This document shows positions 29,169-39,095 of a DNA stretch of 62,254 nucleotides, one piece after another. Under the pieces are notes generated by a model. It was not told the origin of the DNA and did no database searches. It saw only the letters and a program-made list of their open reading frames with translations. Location: assembly GCA_028702675.1 (NCBI GenBank), contig JAQVOJ010000003.1, forward strand, positions 3,623 to 65,876, written 5' to 3'. Every line of letters starts with the position of its first letter. Within the stretch, counting starts at the first letter, position 1. Source of the DNA: Bacteroidales bacterium (GTDB taxonomy: Bacteria > Bacteroidota > Bacteroidia > Bacteroidales > ML635J-15). The position numbers and the translations under genes are program-made.

Positions 29169-30044
29169 TTAAACACTGCGTTTTTTAAATAATTCAATTG
29201 CTAAACCATCTGCTAAACCAATTCTTGGGGCAATTAAACTATTTACTTTCGACCATTTCATTATCTTTCTATAAATATATGCAGCAGGTGCAATTACATC
29301 AGCTCTGTCAAGCCGTAGATTAAAATTATGCATACGTTCTTTTAAAGTGTATTGCTCAAGTTGTTTAATGGCGTTTTTTAGTTGCGAACGATCAATGGTA
29401 TTGTCGTAATTACCAAATAGTTTTACAAGCTTGCTGATATTACCACCGGCACAAATACAGTTAACTTCGTTGCCTTGAGTAATAAATTCTTTTAGCCATA
29501 ATTTCATTCTGTCCCATTCGTTTTTATCTACCTTATCGAAAAGCAATCTTATAGTACCAATCGAAAATGAATCTGAAGCAACGAATTTATCTTCAAAAAA
29601 AACCGAACACTCTGTGCTACCGCCTCCAACGTCTATATATAAGGTTGTTGAATATCTTTTATTAATGTTTATATTATTAGCTTTACTTATTATGTTAGCT
29701 TCTTGAATTCCATCTATAATTTGTAAAGTATTACCTGTTTCGTTTTCTATCCGTTTTAGTACTTCTTCTTTGTTGGTTGCTTCTCGCATTGCGGCTGTAG
29801 CACAAGCAATATAATCTACAGGTTGGTATATCTCACGTATTAAATTGTAAGCTTTAAAAGTTTTAATTAAAGAGTCTTGTTTTTGTTCAGAAATATACCC
29901 TTTCTCAAATACATCCATTCCGAGCCTAAGTGGAACCCTTACTAATGAAATTTTACCTGCCAGAATACTGTCGTTTCTTTGGTAAACATTAGATATTAGT
30001 AGTCTTCCTGCATTAGACCCTATGTCAACTGTTGCAAATATCAT
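29169..30044 (-). CDS. ppx: Short Ppx/GppA-family phosphatase (exopolyphosphatase / pppGpp phosphohydrolase)
   Basis: ASKHA-fold motifs DIGSNAGRLL and DVGGGSTE. At 291 aa it lacks the C-terminal HD-like extension. Its start overlaps the ppk1 stop by 1 nt (TAATG). Confidence 0.8.
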   Translation of the reverse strand: MIFATVDIGSNAGRLLISNVYQRNDSILAGKISLVRVPLRLGMDVFEKGYISEQKQDSLIKTFKAYNLIREIYQPVDYIACATAAMREATNKEEVLKRIENETGNTLQIIDGIQEANIISKANNININKRYSTTLYIDVGGGSTECSVFFEDKFVASDSFSIGTIRLLFDKVDKNEWDRMKLWLKEFITQGNEVNCICAGGNISKLVKLFGNYDNTIDRSQLKNAIKQLEQYTLKERMHNFNLRLDRADVIAPAAYIYRKIMKWSKVNSLIAPRIGLADGLAIELFKKRSV

Positions 30045-32086
30045 TATTCGTAAATATTGTGTTTAGATTTTAAATAGTTGTAAATATCAACTTGTGATCT
30101 TATTGGTTCTTTATCAGAAACTTTATATTCATTTAAACTTTTGCTTTTCCAAAGTCTTGCTTTTGTGTTGTCATTAAGTTGAATATTGAGCATCTCAAAA
30201 AGTTCATCTTGAATATCTTTTTCATATATAGGTGTTGTAACTTCTATTCTATTGTCTAAGTTTCTTGTCATCCAGTCGGCAGAGCCTATATAAAACTTGC
30301 GATTGCCGTTGTTGCAAAAAACAAAAATTCTTGAATGTTCTAAAAACTTATCTACAATACTGATTGCTTGAATATTAGGATTTTTGTCTGGTATTAGTAT
30401 GTTTATCCCCCTAACAATTAAATAAATTTTAACTCCATTCTTTGCTGCTTTAATTATTCTTTTTGCTAGTTTTTGGTCGGCCAAACTATTCATTTTAATT
30501 ATTGCCCAAGCATCGTTACCGGCTTTAGCGTTTGCAATTTCGTTGTTAAGTAGTTTTATAAAGTAATTCCGTGTCTTAAAAGGGCTTACAATAAGATGGC
30601 TAAATCTCATTAACCTGTATGATTTCTCGAATAGATAAAATATTTTATGAACATCGTCGGTTATTCTTGGGTCTGTAGTAAGTAAACTGTCGTCGCAGTA
30701 TATTTTTGCAGTTTGTTCATTATAGTTGCCTGTAGAAATGTTAGTATAATAGCGATTTAACCCATTCTCTTTTCTGCGAATAAGGATGAGTTTGGCATGT
30801 ACTTTAAATCCGGGGATCGCTTTTATTATTCTAACGCCAGCTTCTTGTAGCTTTGTTGACCAAAATATATTGTTTTCTTCGTCGAATCTTGCCTGAAATT
30901 CCATAAATACTGTTACGCTTTTACCGTTGCGGGCTGCATTAATTAAGGCATTTGCCACACTCGATGGGTTAGCAATACGATAAAGAGTCATTTTTATGGA
31001 ACGGACTTTAGGATCAATAGATGCTTCTCTTAATAAGTCGATTATATACTGAAACGATTGATATGGAAAATGAAGCATAATATCTTTTTCCCTTATCGAA
31101 GTAAATATTTTTTTACCTGATATTATATTCCGATTGCTTAATGGTGGAGTAGGTGGATACGTTAACTTTTCGCCAAGAAGCATAGGAAAATTCATTAAAT
31201 CTTTAGTGTTATGGTATCTACCGCCTTGCATTGTATGATCTTTATGACCAATATTAAACTGTTTTATTAGTTTGTCTAACAAATATTCTGGCATATTTTT
31301 ATCGTAAATAAACCTTACCGGAACACCTGCTTCACGTTGTTTTACACTCTCAGCAAGTAATTCCATAAAACTTTTTGATATGTCTTCGTCAATATCTAAT
31401 TCTGCATCTCTTGTAATTTTAAAAGTATAAGCCGAAAATTTATTATATCCAAATACTTTAAAAATGTCGTCTAAGCAATATCGGATAATATCATCAAGTC
31501 GGATTATAAATTTAGATTCATTATTTGATGGTAGTATTACGAAGCGTTCAAATGAATTGGTTGGGATTTCTATAATAGCGTAGTTGGTAACATCCGGATT
31601 ATCAGATTTTTCTAGCACAATAGCTAGGTAAATTGACCCGTCTTTTAAAGATTCTAATGCTGTTAGATTATTTAGCATTAAAGGGAAAAGCTTAGATCGT
31701 ATTCTGTTGTTGAATAGTTGTTTTACAAATATGCTATGTTCAGTATTTAATTGTGTTTCATCAATTATAAAGATGTTGTGTTCTTCGAGTTCCTTTTGGA
31801 TATTTCTAAATATGCTCCGTATTTTTTCGTGTTGATTATATGAAATGTCATTGATTTGCTGAAGTAATTTTGTGTAATATGTGGATTTTTCGGGATAGTC
31901 TATTTTATTGAGTTCAATCATTCTCGTAATGGTTGCAACTCTAACTCTGTAAAATTCATCAAGATTATTAGAAAAAATTCCTAAAAATCTTATTCTTTCA
32001 TGTAAGGGAACATCTTTAGATTCAGCCTCTTGAAGTACTCGACTGTTAAAGTATAACCAGCTTATTTCACGATCAATTATTTCCAT
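30044..32086 (-). CDS. ppk1: Polyphosphate kinase 1
   Basis: REISWLYFNSRVLQEA...PL.ERIRFLGIFSNNLDEFY N-terminus and two PLD-like HxK regions (KVHAKLILI). ATG at 32086 is preferred over the TTG-extended start at 32128. Confidence 0.93.
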   Translation of the reverse strand: MEIIDREISWLYFNSRVLQEAESKDVPLHERIRFLGIFSNNLDEFYRVRVATITRMIELNKIDYPEKSTYYTKLLQQINDISYNQHEKIRSIFRNIQKELEEHNIFIIDETQLNTEHSIFVKQLFNNRIRSKLFPLMLNNLTALESLKDGSIYLAIVLEKSDNPDVTNYAIIEIPTNSFERFVILPSNNESKFIIRLDDIIRYCLDDIFKVFGYNKFSAYTFKITRDAELDIDEDISKSFMELLAESVKQREAGVPVRFIYDKNMPEYLLDKLIKQFNIGHKDHTMQGGRYHNTKDLMNFPMLLGEKLTYPPTPPLSNRNIISGKKIFTSIREKDIMLHFPYQSFQYIIDLLREASIDPKVRSIKMTLYRIANPSSVANALINAARNGKSVTVFMEFQARFDEENNIFWSTKLQEAGVRIIKAIPGFKVHAKLILIRRKENGLNRYYTNISTGNYNEQTAKIYCDDSLLTTDPRITDDVHKIFYLFEKSYRLMRFSHLIVSPFKTRNYFIKLLNNEIANAKAGNDAWAIIKMNSLADQKLAKRIIKAAKNGVKIYLIVRGINILIPDKNPNIQAISIVDKFLEHSRIFVFCNNGNRKFYIGSADWMTRNLDNRIEVTTPIYEKDIQDELFEMLNIQLNDNTKARLWKSKSLNEYKVSDKEPIRSQVDIYNYLKSKHNIYE

Positions 32087-32162
32087 GGTATATCTTATAA
32101 TTGTAAAGTTTATTTTTCGTTTTAGCAAATATAATTATTTGTTAGTCAATTATTGTTAAGAT

Positions 32163-32196
32163 AAGAAAAAGAAAAGCAGGTAAATTTTACCTGCTT
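32163..32196 (-). terminator. Rho-independent terminator after pckA
   Basis: On the minus strand: AGCAGGTA...TACCTGCT hairpin followed by TTTCTTTTTCTT. Confidence 0.7.
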
Positions 32197-32221
32197 AATA
32201 TAAAAAGACATAATACAGTTC

Positions 32222-33883
32222 TTATTTGCCGGGGCAATTCTTTTTAATATCAGGGGCGATATTGTTTTTACCATACGATTTGTCAAAAGTAGCCGAAAAT
32301 TGGGCTGCCAAGTCTTTAGCTGTTTTTTCAAAATCAGTTTTATCTTTCCATGTATTTATTGGCATGAGAATTTCATCGGGTACATTTGGGCAAGTTTTTG
32401 GGATATTTAAGTGGAATAAATTATCATAAACAAACTCAACATTTTCTAAATTACCATTTAAGGCTGCATTTACCATGCTTCGGGTTAAATTCAAATCAAT
32501 TCTTTTGCCAATCCCATATTTTCCACCTGACCAGCCTGTGTTAATTAAATATACCGAAGTATTAAATTTTTCCATTTTTTCACCCAACATTCTTGCATAA
32601 ACACTAGGTAATCCTGGCATAAATGGTTGTCCGAAAAAGCGTGAGAAGGTTGCAACAGGTTCCACAATTCCGGTTTCGGTGCCGGCAACTTTAGATGTGT
32701 AACCCATTAAAAACCAAAGCATAGCTTGATTCTTATCAAGTTTTGAAATTGGAGGTATTACTCCATAAGCATCAGCTGTTAAAAATAATATTGTATTTGG
32801 GTGTCCTGCTGTTGATGATTCTTTTATGTTTTTTAGAAAATACAATGGATATGATGCTCTGCTATTAGGAGTGAGCCTGTCGTCGAAAAAATCGAAAACT
32901 CCGTCAGGATAAATCATAGCATTTTCTACAATAGAACCATGATTTAAATAATCATCTTTATGCATTACCGCATCATAAATGTCGGGTTCTTTATCTTTAT
33001 TTATGTCAATCATTTTAGCGTAACAACCGTTCTCGAAGTTTGCAATACCATTTTCGCTCCAGCCATGTTCGTCGTCTCCCAATAATGCTCTATTAGGATC
33101 GGCTGACAATGTGGTTTTGCCTGTCCCTGAAAGTCCCAAAATCAGAGCAGAGCTACCGTCTTTGCCTTCGTTTGCCGAACAGTGAAGTGGGAGTACATTC
33201 TCGAATGGTAAATAATAGTTCATTACTGTAAACATAAGTTTCTTTATGCTTCCCAGATATGCCGAACCAATTACTAAACCAATTCTGCGGTCGAAGTCCA
33301 TTGCTACTATAATGTTTGAAGTTTCACCATTAGGTAGTGTACGAAGTTTCCACTTATATTTATCCCTGTCTAAGGTATGATAAGGCATTGCTATAAGAAA
33401 GAATGGTTTTTCGGCAAAGCAACTTTTATTAATATCTTTAGGAACCGGACGAAACATATTGTCTGCAAACAATGATGGAAGGGCTTTATTACATATCATT
33501 TTTACTGGTAGGGCATAACCGGAATCTGCACCAATAACTCTGTCGGTAATATATACACGGCGACACTCCTCAATATAATTTACGGCATCTTCAAATACCA
33601 TATCAAATACGTCTTCGTAAATCGGTAAGTTGTTTGGAGAATTCCAGTCAATATTAATCTGACTTTGTGGTCTTTTTACTATAACTGTGTCTTTGGGGCT
33701 TCTGCCTGTAGATATTACCGGAGTCCATGTAGCTAATGTGCCTGATTTTGCTACAATACATTCTTTAAACGAAACAGAGTCTTCGATTAATCGTTTACGA
33801 GATGGATTACTAATTACATTTTTATGGGAGGTTATTTTTCCCAATACCATGTCGTGGTATGCTTTAAAGTTATATTCACTCAT
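32222..33883 (-). CDS. pckA: Phosphoenolpyruvate carboxykinase (ATP)
   Basis: GLSGTGKTTLS kinase-1a motif, GDDEHGW and NTGWSGG motifs. Confidence 0.94.
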   Translation of the reverse strand: MSEYNFKAYHDMVLGKITSHKNVISNPSRKRLIEDSVSFKECIVAKSGTLATWTPVISTGRSPKDTVIVKRPQSQINIDWNSPNNLPIYEDVFDMVFEDAVNYIEECRRVYITDRVIGADSGYALPVKMICNKALPSLFADNMFRPVPKDINKSCFAEKPFFLIAMPYHTLDRDKYKWKLRTLPNGETSNIIVAMDFDRRIGLVIGSAYLGSIKKLMFTVMNYYLPFENVLPLHCSANEGKDGSSALILGLSGTGKTTLSADPNRALLGDDEHGWSENGIANFENGCYAKMIDINKDKEPDIYDAVMHKDDYLNHGSIVENAMIYPDGVFDFFDDRLTPNSRASYPLYFLKNIKESSTAGHPNTILFLTADAYGVIPPISKLDKNQAMLWFLMGYTSKVAGTETGIVEPVATFSRFFGQPFMPGLPSVYARMLGEKMEKFNTSVYLINTGWSGGKYGIGKRIDLNLTRSMVNAALNGNLENVEFVYDNLFHLNIPKTCPNVPDEILMPINTWKDKTDFEKTAKDLAAQFSATFDKSYGKNNIAPDIKKNCPGK

Positions 33884-34091
33884 GTCCTAATAATTATTCT
33901 AATTTTTTGAAAAAACAAATTTATAAAAAATATGCTGTTTTAAATGTGTTTAAAAATATATGTAGTTTTAGAGAACTCTTTTATGGATAGAAAATGAATT
34001 TTATGTTTAGATTGTATTTAAATTATGAAAATTTAAGCGATAAACTTGCATATTATTATTATTGCTTATATTTATCAAAAATTATTATATA

Positions 34092-34723
34092 ATGAAAGAT
34101 TCCGAAAACCCAATTATCGTGTTTTTTTCGATTGTATTAATTGTTTTAAGTTTTCATTCTTGCAATAATAATAGAGAAATTGATGTTGTAAGCGACAAGA
34201 TTTTGTTTAGTGAATGTATAACAGCAATAGGTGAAAATGGCAAATACCTTGATATGGAAATTGAGAAATTTGAAAGTGGAAAGATAAAAATTACTACCAC
34301 TCCAGTATCCGAAAAGGATGTTGATCCAAGAATAGTGCAGCAAGGTGTTATTATTACCGAAGATTATTATATAAAATATGAAGAAGTAGGAATTAAAGAA
34401 AATATTGAAGAGCATTGGGTATTTTATGCCAACCTAGAGGGAGCAATCAATAGTAAAGATATTAAAGGTGGTTCAGTTCATATAATATCTCATGCAAATG
34501 TAATGGAACAGAAGGTGCTTGTTCTTTAACTTTTCATCAATTAAATAATTATATAATTTCATTTAGATGTGATCCTACAGTTGGTAATGAGTGTAAAAGT
34601 AATGGTATTGTCGGTGGCTGCGAAATAGAAATTGGTAATAATAAACATACCGATACTATTCCAACTATATTAATTGTAAAAGGTACAGAAATAGAGTACA
34701 ACGGAAATGTTTATACAAAATAA
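34092..34723 (+). pseudogene. Lipoprotein gene interrupted by an apparent -1 frameshift, with a Cys-rich C-terminal part
   Basis: Frame A (34092-34529) encodes a lipoprotein signal (LSFHSC). An 85-codon open frame, 34466-34723 including its stop, has no start codon. It overlaps the end of frame A and reads ...SCKCNGTEGACSL...CDPTVGNECKSNGIVGGCEIE...YTK*. Confidence 0.55.
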
Positions 34724-34775
34724 TGAACTTACTTAAGTATATAGGTGCTTACTTATAAGTCAATATTAAAATATC

Positions 34776-36539
34776 CTAAGAAGTTTTACCATTTAATGGT
34801 TCAAGTAGAGCAATAATCTCATCTTTCTCAACAAAGTCGCCTTGTGCGTAAAATATCTCTTTTACTTTTCCTGCATTTTCGGCAATTATTTCGTGATACG
34901 TAGAATGAGATTCGAGATAGCAAATTCGCTGTCCTGCTTCAATAATATCATCCTTTTCTATGTTTCGGGCTTCTCGTTCCAAATTTATATCGAAATATAT
35001 TCTACCCATATATGGAGCTGTAATTTGAGTTGCATTTTTGTCAATTTCGGTACGATAAGATTTTTCGGATTGCAAAGGCGAGGATTTAAACTTTTTAAGC
35101 TCTTCTTCGAACCTTTGTTTTGCTAAACCTGATTTAAAATCGCGATATTGGCGTTCGTGCATTGCAAACTCAAATAGTTCTTCATCATCTTTACCAAAAT
35201 CCCAATTATTGTCTATCATTTCTTGTCTAAATTTTGGTAATACGTTGGGGTATGCATCCTGTGGTACACCATTGTAAAAATCAAGATTTTGTTGTTCGGC
35301 AAGTTTGATTATTTCATTGTCAAGAGGTCCAGGTAATTTTCCTGATTTACCAAGAATCATATCCCAAGTGTTTTTGTCTATCATTTGCCATCTTCCTTTA
35401 CCTTGTAGTATATGCATTATATTTAACAAAGCAACATTTTTAACATATTGGCTAAAAGGAGTTACTAGTGGGGGATAACCAAGTTTTGGCCATACGTATT
35501 GTACTTCTTCGAAAAGCATTACTAATAATTCATCGAGGTCTAAAGTTTGTTTGCCAGCATTTTTAAGAGTTTGATTAATTCCTTGATGAACGCCTTCAAG
35601 GTCTGCCATCATGCTACCCATCATTCCCCCGGGAAGCCCACAACCTACTAATAATGAAGATAAGTATCTGTTTTTAGGATTAATCCAATACCCAAGAAAG
35701 TCATCAATAAACTCTTGATTAAGTGCTCTAGCATACATATAAGCTTTCATGTTAATATCTGGAACTTTAAAACCAGCATCTTTAAGCATAGCTTGTATTG
35801 TAATAATATCAGGATGTACTGTACCCCATGCTAATGGCTCCATAGCTGTATCAATATAATCTACTCCGGCTTTAGCAACTTCTAACATTGATGCTACAGC
35901 AAATCCAGGTCCGCTATGTCCGTGATATTGTACAATGATATCGGGATATTTAGTTTTTATTTCTTTTACTAATTTACCAAGTGTATGTGGTCTGCCAACT
36001 CCTGCCATGTCCTTTAAACAAATTTCGTCGGCTCCATATTCAATAGCTTTATCCACTACATTCATAAAGTATTCTACTGTGTGGATGTCGCTATGAGTGA
36101 TACTTAGAGTAGCCTGGCTTTTCATGCCTACTTCTTTGGCGTATTTTATCGATAGTTCTAAATTCCTATGGTCGTTTAAGCCACAAAACGAACGGGCAAT
36201 ATCAACTCCTTGTGCTTTTTTTACTTTAAACATGAGCTGCCTTAGATCTGCTGCAACAGGGAACATCCTTATCCCGTTTAAGGCTCTTTCTAGCATATGT
36301 GTCTCAATACCTGCCTCATTAAAGGGTTTTGTCCATTCTCTTACAACTTTATTTGGGTTTTCGCCATATAATAAATTAACTTGCTCAAAGGCTCCACCAT
36401 TAGTTTCGATTCTGGAGAAACAACCCATGTCAATAATTACCGGAGCAATCTTTTTTAGTTGATCTAAACGTGGTACATACTTTCCACTGGATTGCCACAT
36501 GTCTCTATATACTAAGCTAAATTTAATTTCCTTATTCAT
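34776..36539 (-). CDS. Oxaloacetate decarboxylase alpha / pyruvate carboxylase subunit B-like carboxyltransferase with a degenerate biotinyl domain
   Basis: HMGL-like carboxyltransferase N-terminus (VYRDMWQSS...ETNGGA...) and a carboxylase conserved domain. The C-terminal biotinyl-type domain has LESHST in place of LEAMKM. Confidence 0.8.
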   Translation of the reverse strand: MNKEIKFSLVYRDMWQSSGKYVPRLDQLKKIAPVIIDMGCFSRIETNGGAFEQVNLLYGENPNKVVREWTKPFNEAGIETHMLERALNGIRMFPVAADLRQLMFKVKKAQGVDIARSFCGLNDHRNLELSIKYAKEVGMKSQATLSITHSDIHTVEYFMNVVDKAIEYGADEICLKDMAGVGRPHTLGKLVKEIKTKYPDIIVQYHGHSGPGFAVASMLEVAKAGVDYIDTAMEPLAWGTVHPDIITIQAMLKDAGFKVPDINMKAYMYARALNQEFIDDFLGYWINPKNRYLSSLLVGCGLPGGMMGSMMADLEGVHQGINQTLKNAGKQTLDLDELLVMLFEEVQYVWPKLGYPPLVTPFSQYVKNVALLNIMHILQGKGRWQMIDKNTWDMILGKSGKLPGPLDNEIIKLAEQQNLDFYNGVPQDAYPNVLPKFRQEMIDNNWDFGKDDEELFEFAMHERQYRDFKSGLAKQRFEEELKKFKSSPLQSEKSYRTEIDKNATQITAPYMGRIYFDINLEREARNIEKDDIIEAGQRICYLESHSTYHEIIAENAGKVKEIFYAQGDFVEKDEIIALLEPLNGKTS

Positions 36540-36577
36540 AATTAATCTAATTAAGATTTAGTTGACAAAGATACGTA

Positions 36578-36630
36578 ATAAAAAATAAGCCTTTCTAAAC
36601 TTACATAAAAATAATACAAGTGAAAGGCTT
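36578..36630 (-). terminator. Putative terminator after the 36646-39012 gene
   Basis: AAGCCTTTC / GAAAGGCTT 9-bp stem with a 26-nt loop, followed on the minus strand by ATTTTTTATT. Confidence 0.4.
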
Positions 36631-36645
36631 CAAAATAATAAGTAT

Positions 36646-39012
36646 CTATTCGATAATAATAACTTTTTCAGTAAAGATGGTTTTATTTGATTTATTAACA
36701 ATATTTAATACGTAAGCTCCGGGATTAATATTTTCAATTGATAGAATATCATTATTATTAATGTTTCTATTAATAATTGTTTTGCCTGTAACATCAACAA
36801 TATTAATAAAAGCTTCTTGATATTCGGGATGTTTATAAAGTACCTTAATTGTACCATCTGATGGATTAGGATAAACATTAATACCCAAATCGGAAAACTC
36901 GTCAATTCCGGTATCAAGATCAACAATTACCTCACGTGTTTGGCTACAGCCAATTGCATCCGTAATATTAACAACATATTGCCCAGCGCACAATTCGTTT
37001 TGTGGAGTGCCAAATTCGTTTATTCCTGGCCAATAGAAGCTATACGGTGGTATTCCTCCATTAGCGTTTGCCCATGCTTGTCCACTACATGTGCCATCGT
37101 CAGGGCTACTCGAAGCATAAGCACTTAAATTTGAAAGGGAAATAGTGATTGCATCTTGGAAAGTGTTTTGACATGCATCTGATATTTCTACCCAATATTC
37201 GTTTACACCTTGAGCAGGTGTAAAGCTTACAGTATTGTTTGTTGTGCCGTTAAACCACAAGAAATTTGCATCTTGATTAGCTTGTGCTGTTAATGTAACC
37301 GTTCCAGGATCCACACAGAATTCCATATCAGATTCTAATATACCTAAAGAGTGATTAATTGGCGGAGGATTATCAATAGTAAAACTATGAGTTATTCGGC
37401 ATCCAATATCATCTGTAACAGTTACTAAATATGTGCCGGGGCAAAGATTTGTAAATGTATTCGATGACTGCGTATGGATACTATCGGGGAAATAGATGTA
37501 CCATGAGTGTACATAAGTATATGTAAAAGGTTGAAAATCATTTATCATTTCCATTGTATATGTGCCATCACAATGATTATGACACGAAACTGGGGTTGAT
37601 GAGTTTGTAGTATTTTGCATACTCGAAACTGTAATTGTTACCGAATCGTAAACTTCGTTTCCGCAATCATCTTCCATAGTAACATAATATGTTGTAGCAC
37701 CTGGTTCTGTATCAATAGTAATTGTATTTCCTGTTTCGCCTGTACTCCAATTATAATATACGTTTGATGTTTGAGAAGTATCTAAGCTACAATTTGCATG
37801 CAAAGTTAATTGTCCGGGCGGATCTTCTCCACAATAATCGGTTTGTATGTTTTGTATTCCACCTTTTATTAGCTGAGCATCGTATATCCAAATAGTATCA
37901 GCAATTACTGATGACTGATTTCCGCAAGGGCATGATGTAGAAAATTCTAAAACAATAGTTTCATTTCCTTCTTCCAAATCATCATTAAAAGCAGAATAAT
38001 AGATTGTATCACAGGTTTGTCCGGCTTCAATTATTGCCTGCGAAGGAAAGTCTGTAACATCAACATTCTCAGTTGCAGTAGAGGCGTTTGAATAGTTTAC
38101 ATCAATAACTACCGGTTCTGAAGTATCGGCTCCTGCAACACGGCAGATTACATAGTAGTTTGTACAACCTTCCCACAAATCATTTTCGCCACCATATTGG
38201 CTGTTGTTAAACCCCTCTATATCAGAACCTGAAACAAAACTTCCGGCTTCGATAAAAACTCCGGAGTCATATGATGAATCTCCTCTATCTCCAACTGCTA
38301 GTTTAATATGATAGGTTTCGCAGGGGATAACGGTAGCTGTGGCTGTTAGTACAATTGAGTTACCATCATACTGAACAGCTCCATTATATGAACCAGCCGA
38401 AGTAGAACTAGAACTTGGATAAGCTGTATAATAACCATCATTATGTATATTGTTGATTGTTACAGGAGACCCATTTGGTAATATAGCGATATTAATAGCA
38501 TTATTACTATATGGACCATTAATGCCCGGACCTGATAAGAAAAATCCAAAAACATCATTAAAGTTAGTATTGGCATATTCTGGAAATTCTTCGGAACCAA
38601 ATATATAACGGAAGCTCACTTCGTCACTGGCAGGGATAAAGTCGAACTGAACAACACTTGCATCATTTATTGTTCCAGAAGCAATGGCAACTAAATCTGG
38701 ATCACTTCCCGACCCTGTTGTATTACCCATCATAACGGAGGTATTTGGACCTTGAGCATTAGAAATATTTCCGGATGCCATAATTAAGCCTGACTCGAAC
38801 GGAAATGGGCCACCATTGTTGTGAAAATAACCATAAGCACCATTATTAACAGTAATATTCATAGCTTCGAGGCAGCCGTTAATTAATGTGTCACCAACAA
38901 TTGTTTGAATGCTTAAACTGTTGTTTGTTACGATTGATTGTGCAAATAATCTATCTTGTGTAATTAAGAATGAAAATAATAAAGTCAATGAAATTAGTAC
39001 AATTTTTTTCAT
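36646..39012 (-). CDS. Choice-of-anchor-L domain surface protein with Cys-rich Ig-like repeats and a T9SS type A CTD
   Basis: Signal peptide ...RLFAQ. The N-terminal pattern GSGSDPDL...DASVVQFDFIP..DEVSFRYIFGSEEFPEY...NDVFGFFLSGPG is typical of choice-of-anchor L. C-terminal VYPNPSDGTIKV...EKVIIIE. Confidence 0.8.
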   Translation of the reverse strand: MKKIVLISLTLLFSFLITQDRLFAQSIVTNNSLSIQTIVGDTLINGCLEAMNITVNNGAYGYFHNNGGPFPFESGLIMASGNISNAQGPNTSVMMGNTTGSGSDPDLVAIASGTINDASVVQFDFIPASDEVSFRYIFGSEEFPEYANTNFNDVFGFFLSGPGINGPYSNNAINIAILPNGSPVTINNIHNDGYYTAYPSSSSTSAGSYNGAVQYDGNSIVLTATATVIPCETYHIKLAVGDRGDSSYDSGVFIEAGSFVSGSDIEGFNNSQYGGENDLWEGCTNYYVICRVAGADTSEPVVIDVNYSNASTATENVDVTDFPSQAIIEAGQTCDTIYYSAFNDDLEEGNETIVLEFSTSCPCGNQSSVIADTIWIYDAQLIKGGIQNIQTDYCGEDPPGQLTLHANCSLDTSQTSNVYYNWSTGETGNTITIDTEPGATTYYVTMEDDCGNEVYDSVTITVSSMQNTTNSSTPVSCHNHCDGTYTMEMINDFQPFTYTYVHSWYIYFPDSIHTQSSNTFTNLCPGTYLVTVTDDIGCRITHSFTIDNPPPINHSLGILESDMEFCVDPGTVTLTAQANQDANFLWFNGTTNNTVSFTPAQGVNEYWVEISDACQNTFQDAITISLSNLSAYASSSPDDGTCSGQAWANANGGIPPYSFYWPGINEFGTPQNELCAGQYVVNITDAIGCSQTREVIVDLDTGIDEFSDLGINVYPNPSDGTIKVLYKHPEYQEAFINIVDVTGKTIINRNINNNDILSIENINPGAYVLNIVNKSNKTIFTEKVIIIE

Positions 39013-39078
39013 AATACACTACAATTAAATTTTGGCTACAATTTACAAAATATTTTTATAACCACATAAATAAATGTG

Positions 39079-39086
39079 TATCTTTG
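39079..39086 (+). promoter_or_regulatory. Candidate -7 promoter box TATCTTTG
   Basis: TAnnTTTG match 10 nt upstream of the ruvX ATG at 39096, which implies a very short leader. It lies inside the TTG-extended ORF, supporting the shorter start. Confidence 0.35.
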
Positions 39087-39095
39087 TATTATATT

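Noticed and set aside
32146-32331. 61-aa minus-strand ORF between pckA and ppk1.
   Set aside because: It overlaps the pckA 3' end and runs through the pckA terminator hairpin. The peptide is low-complexity and there is no supporting signal.
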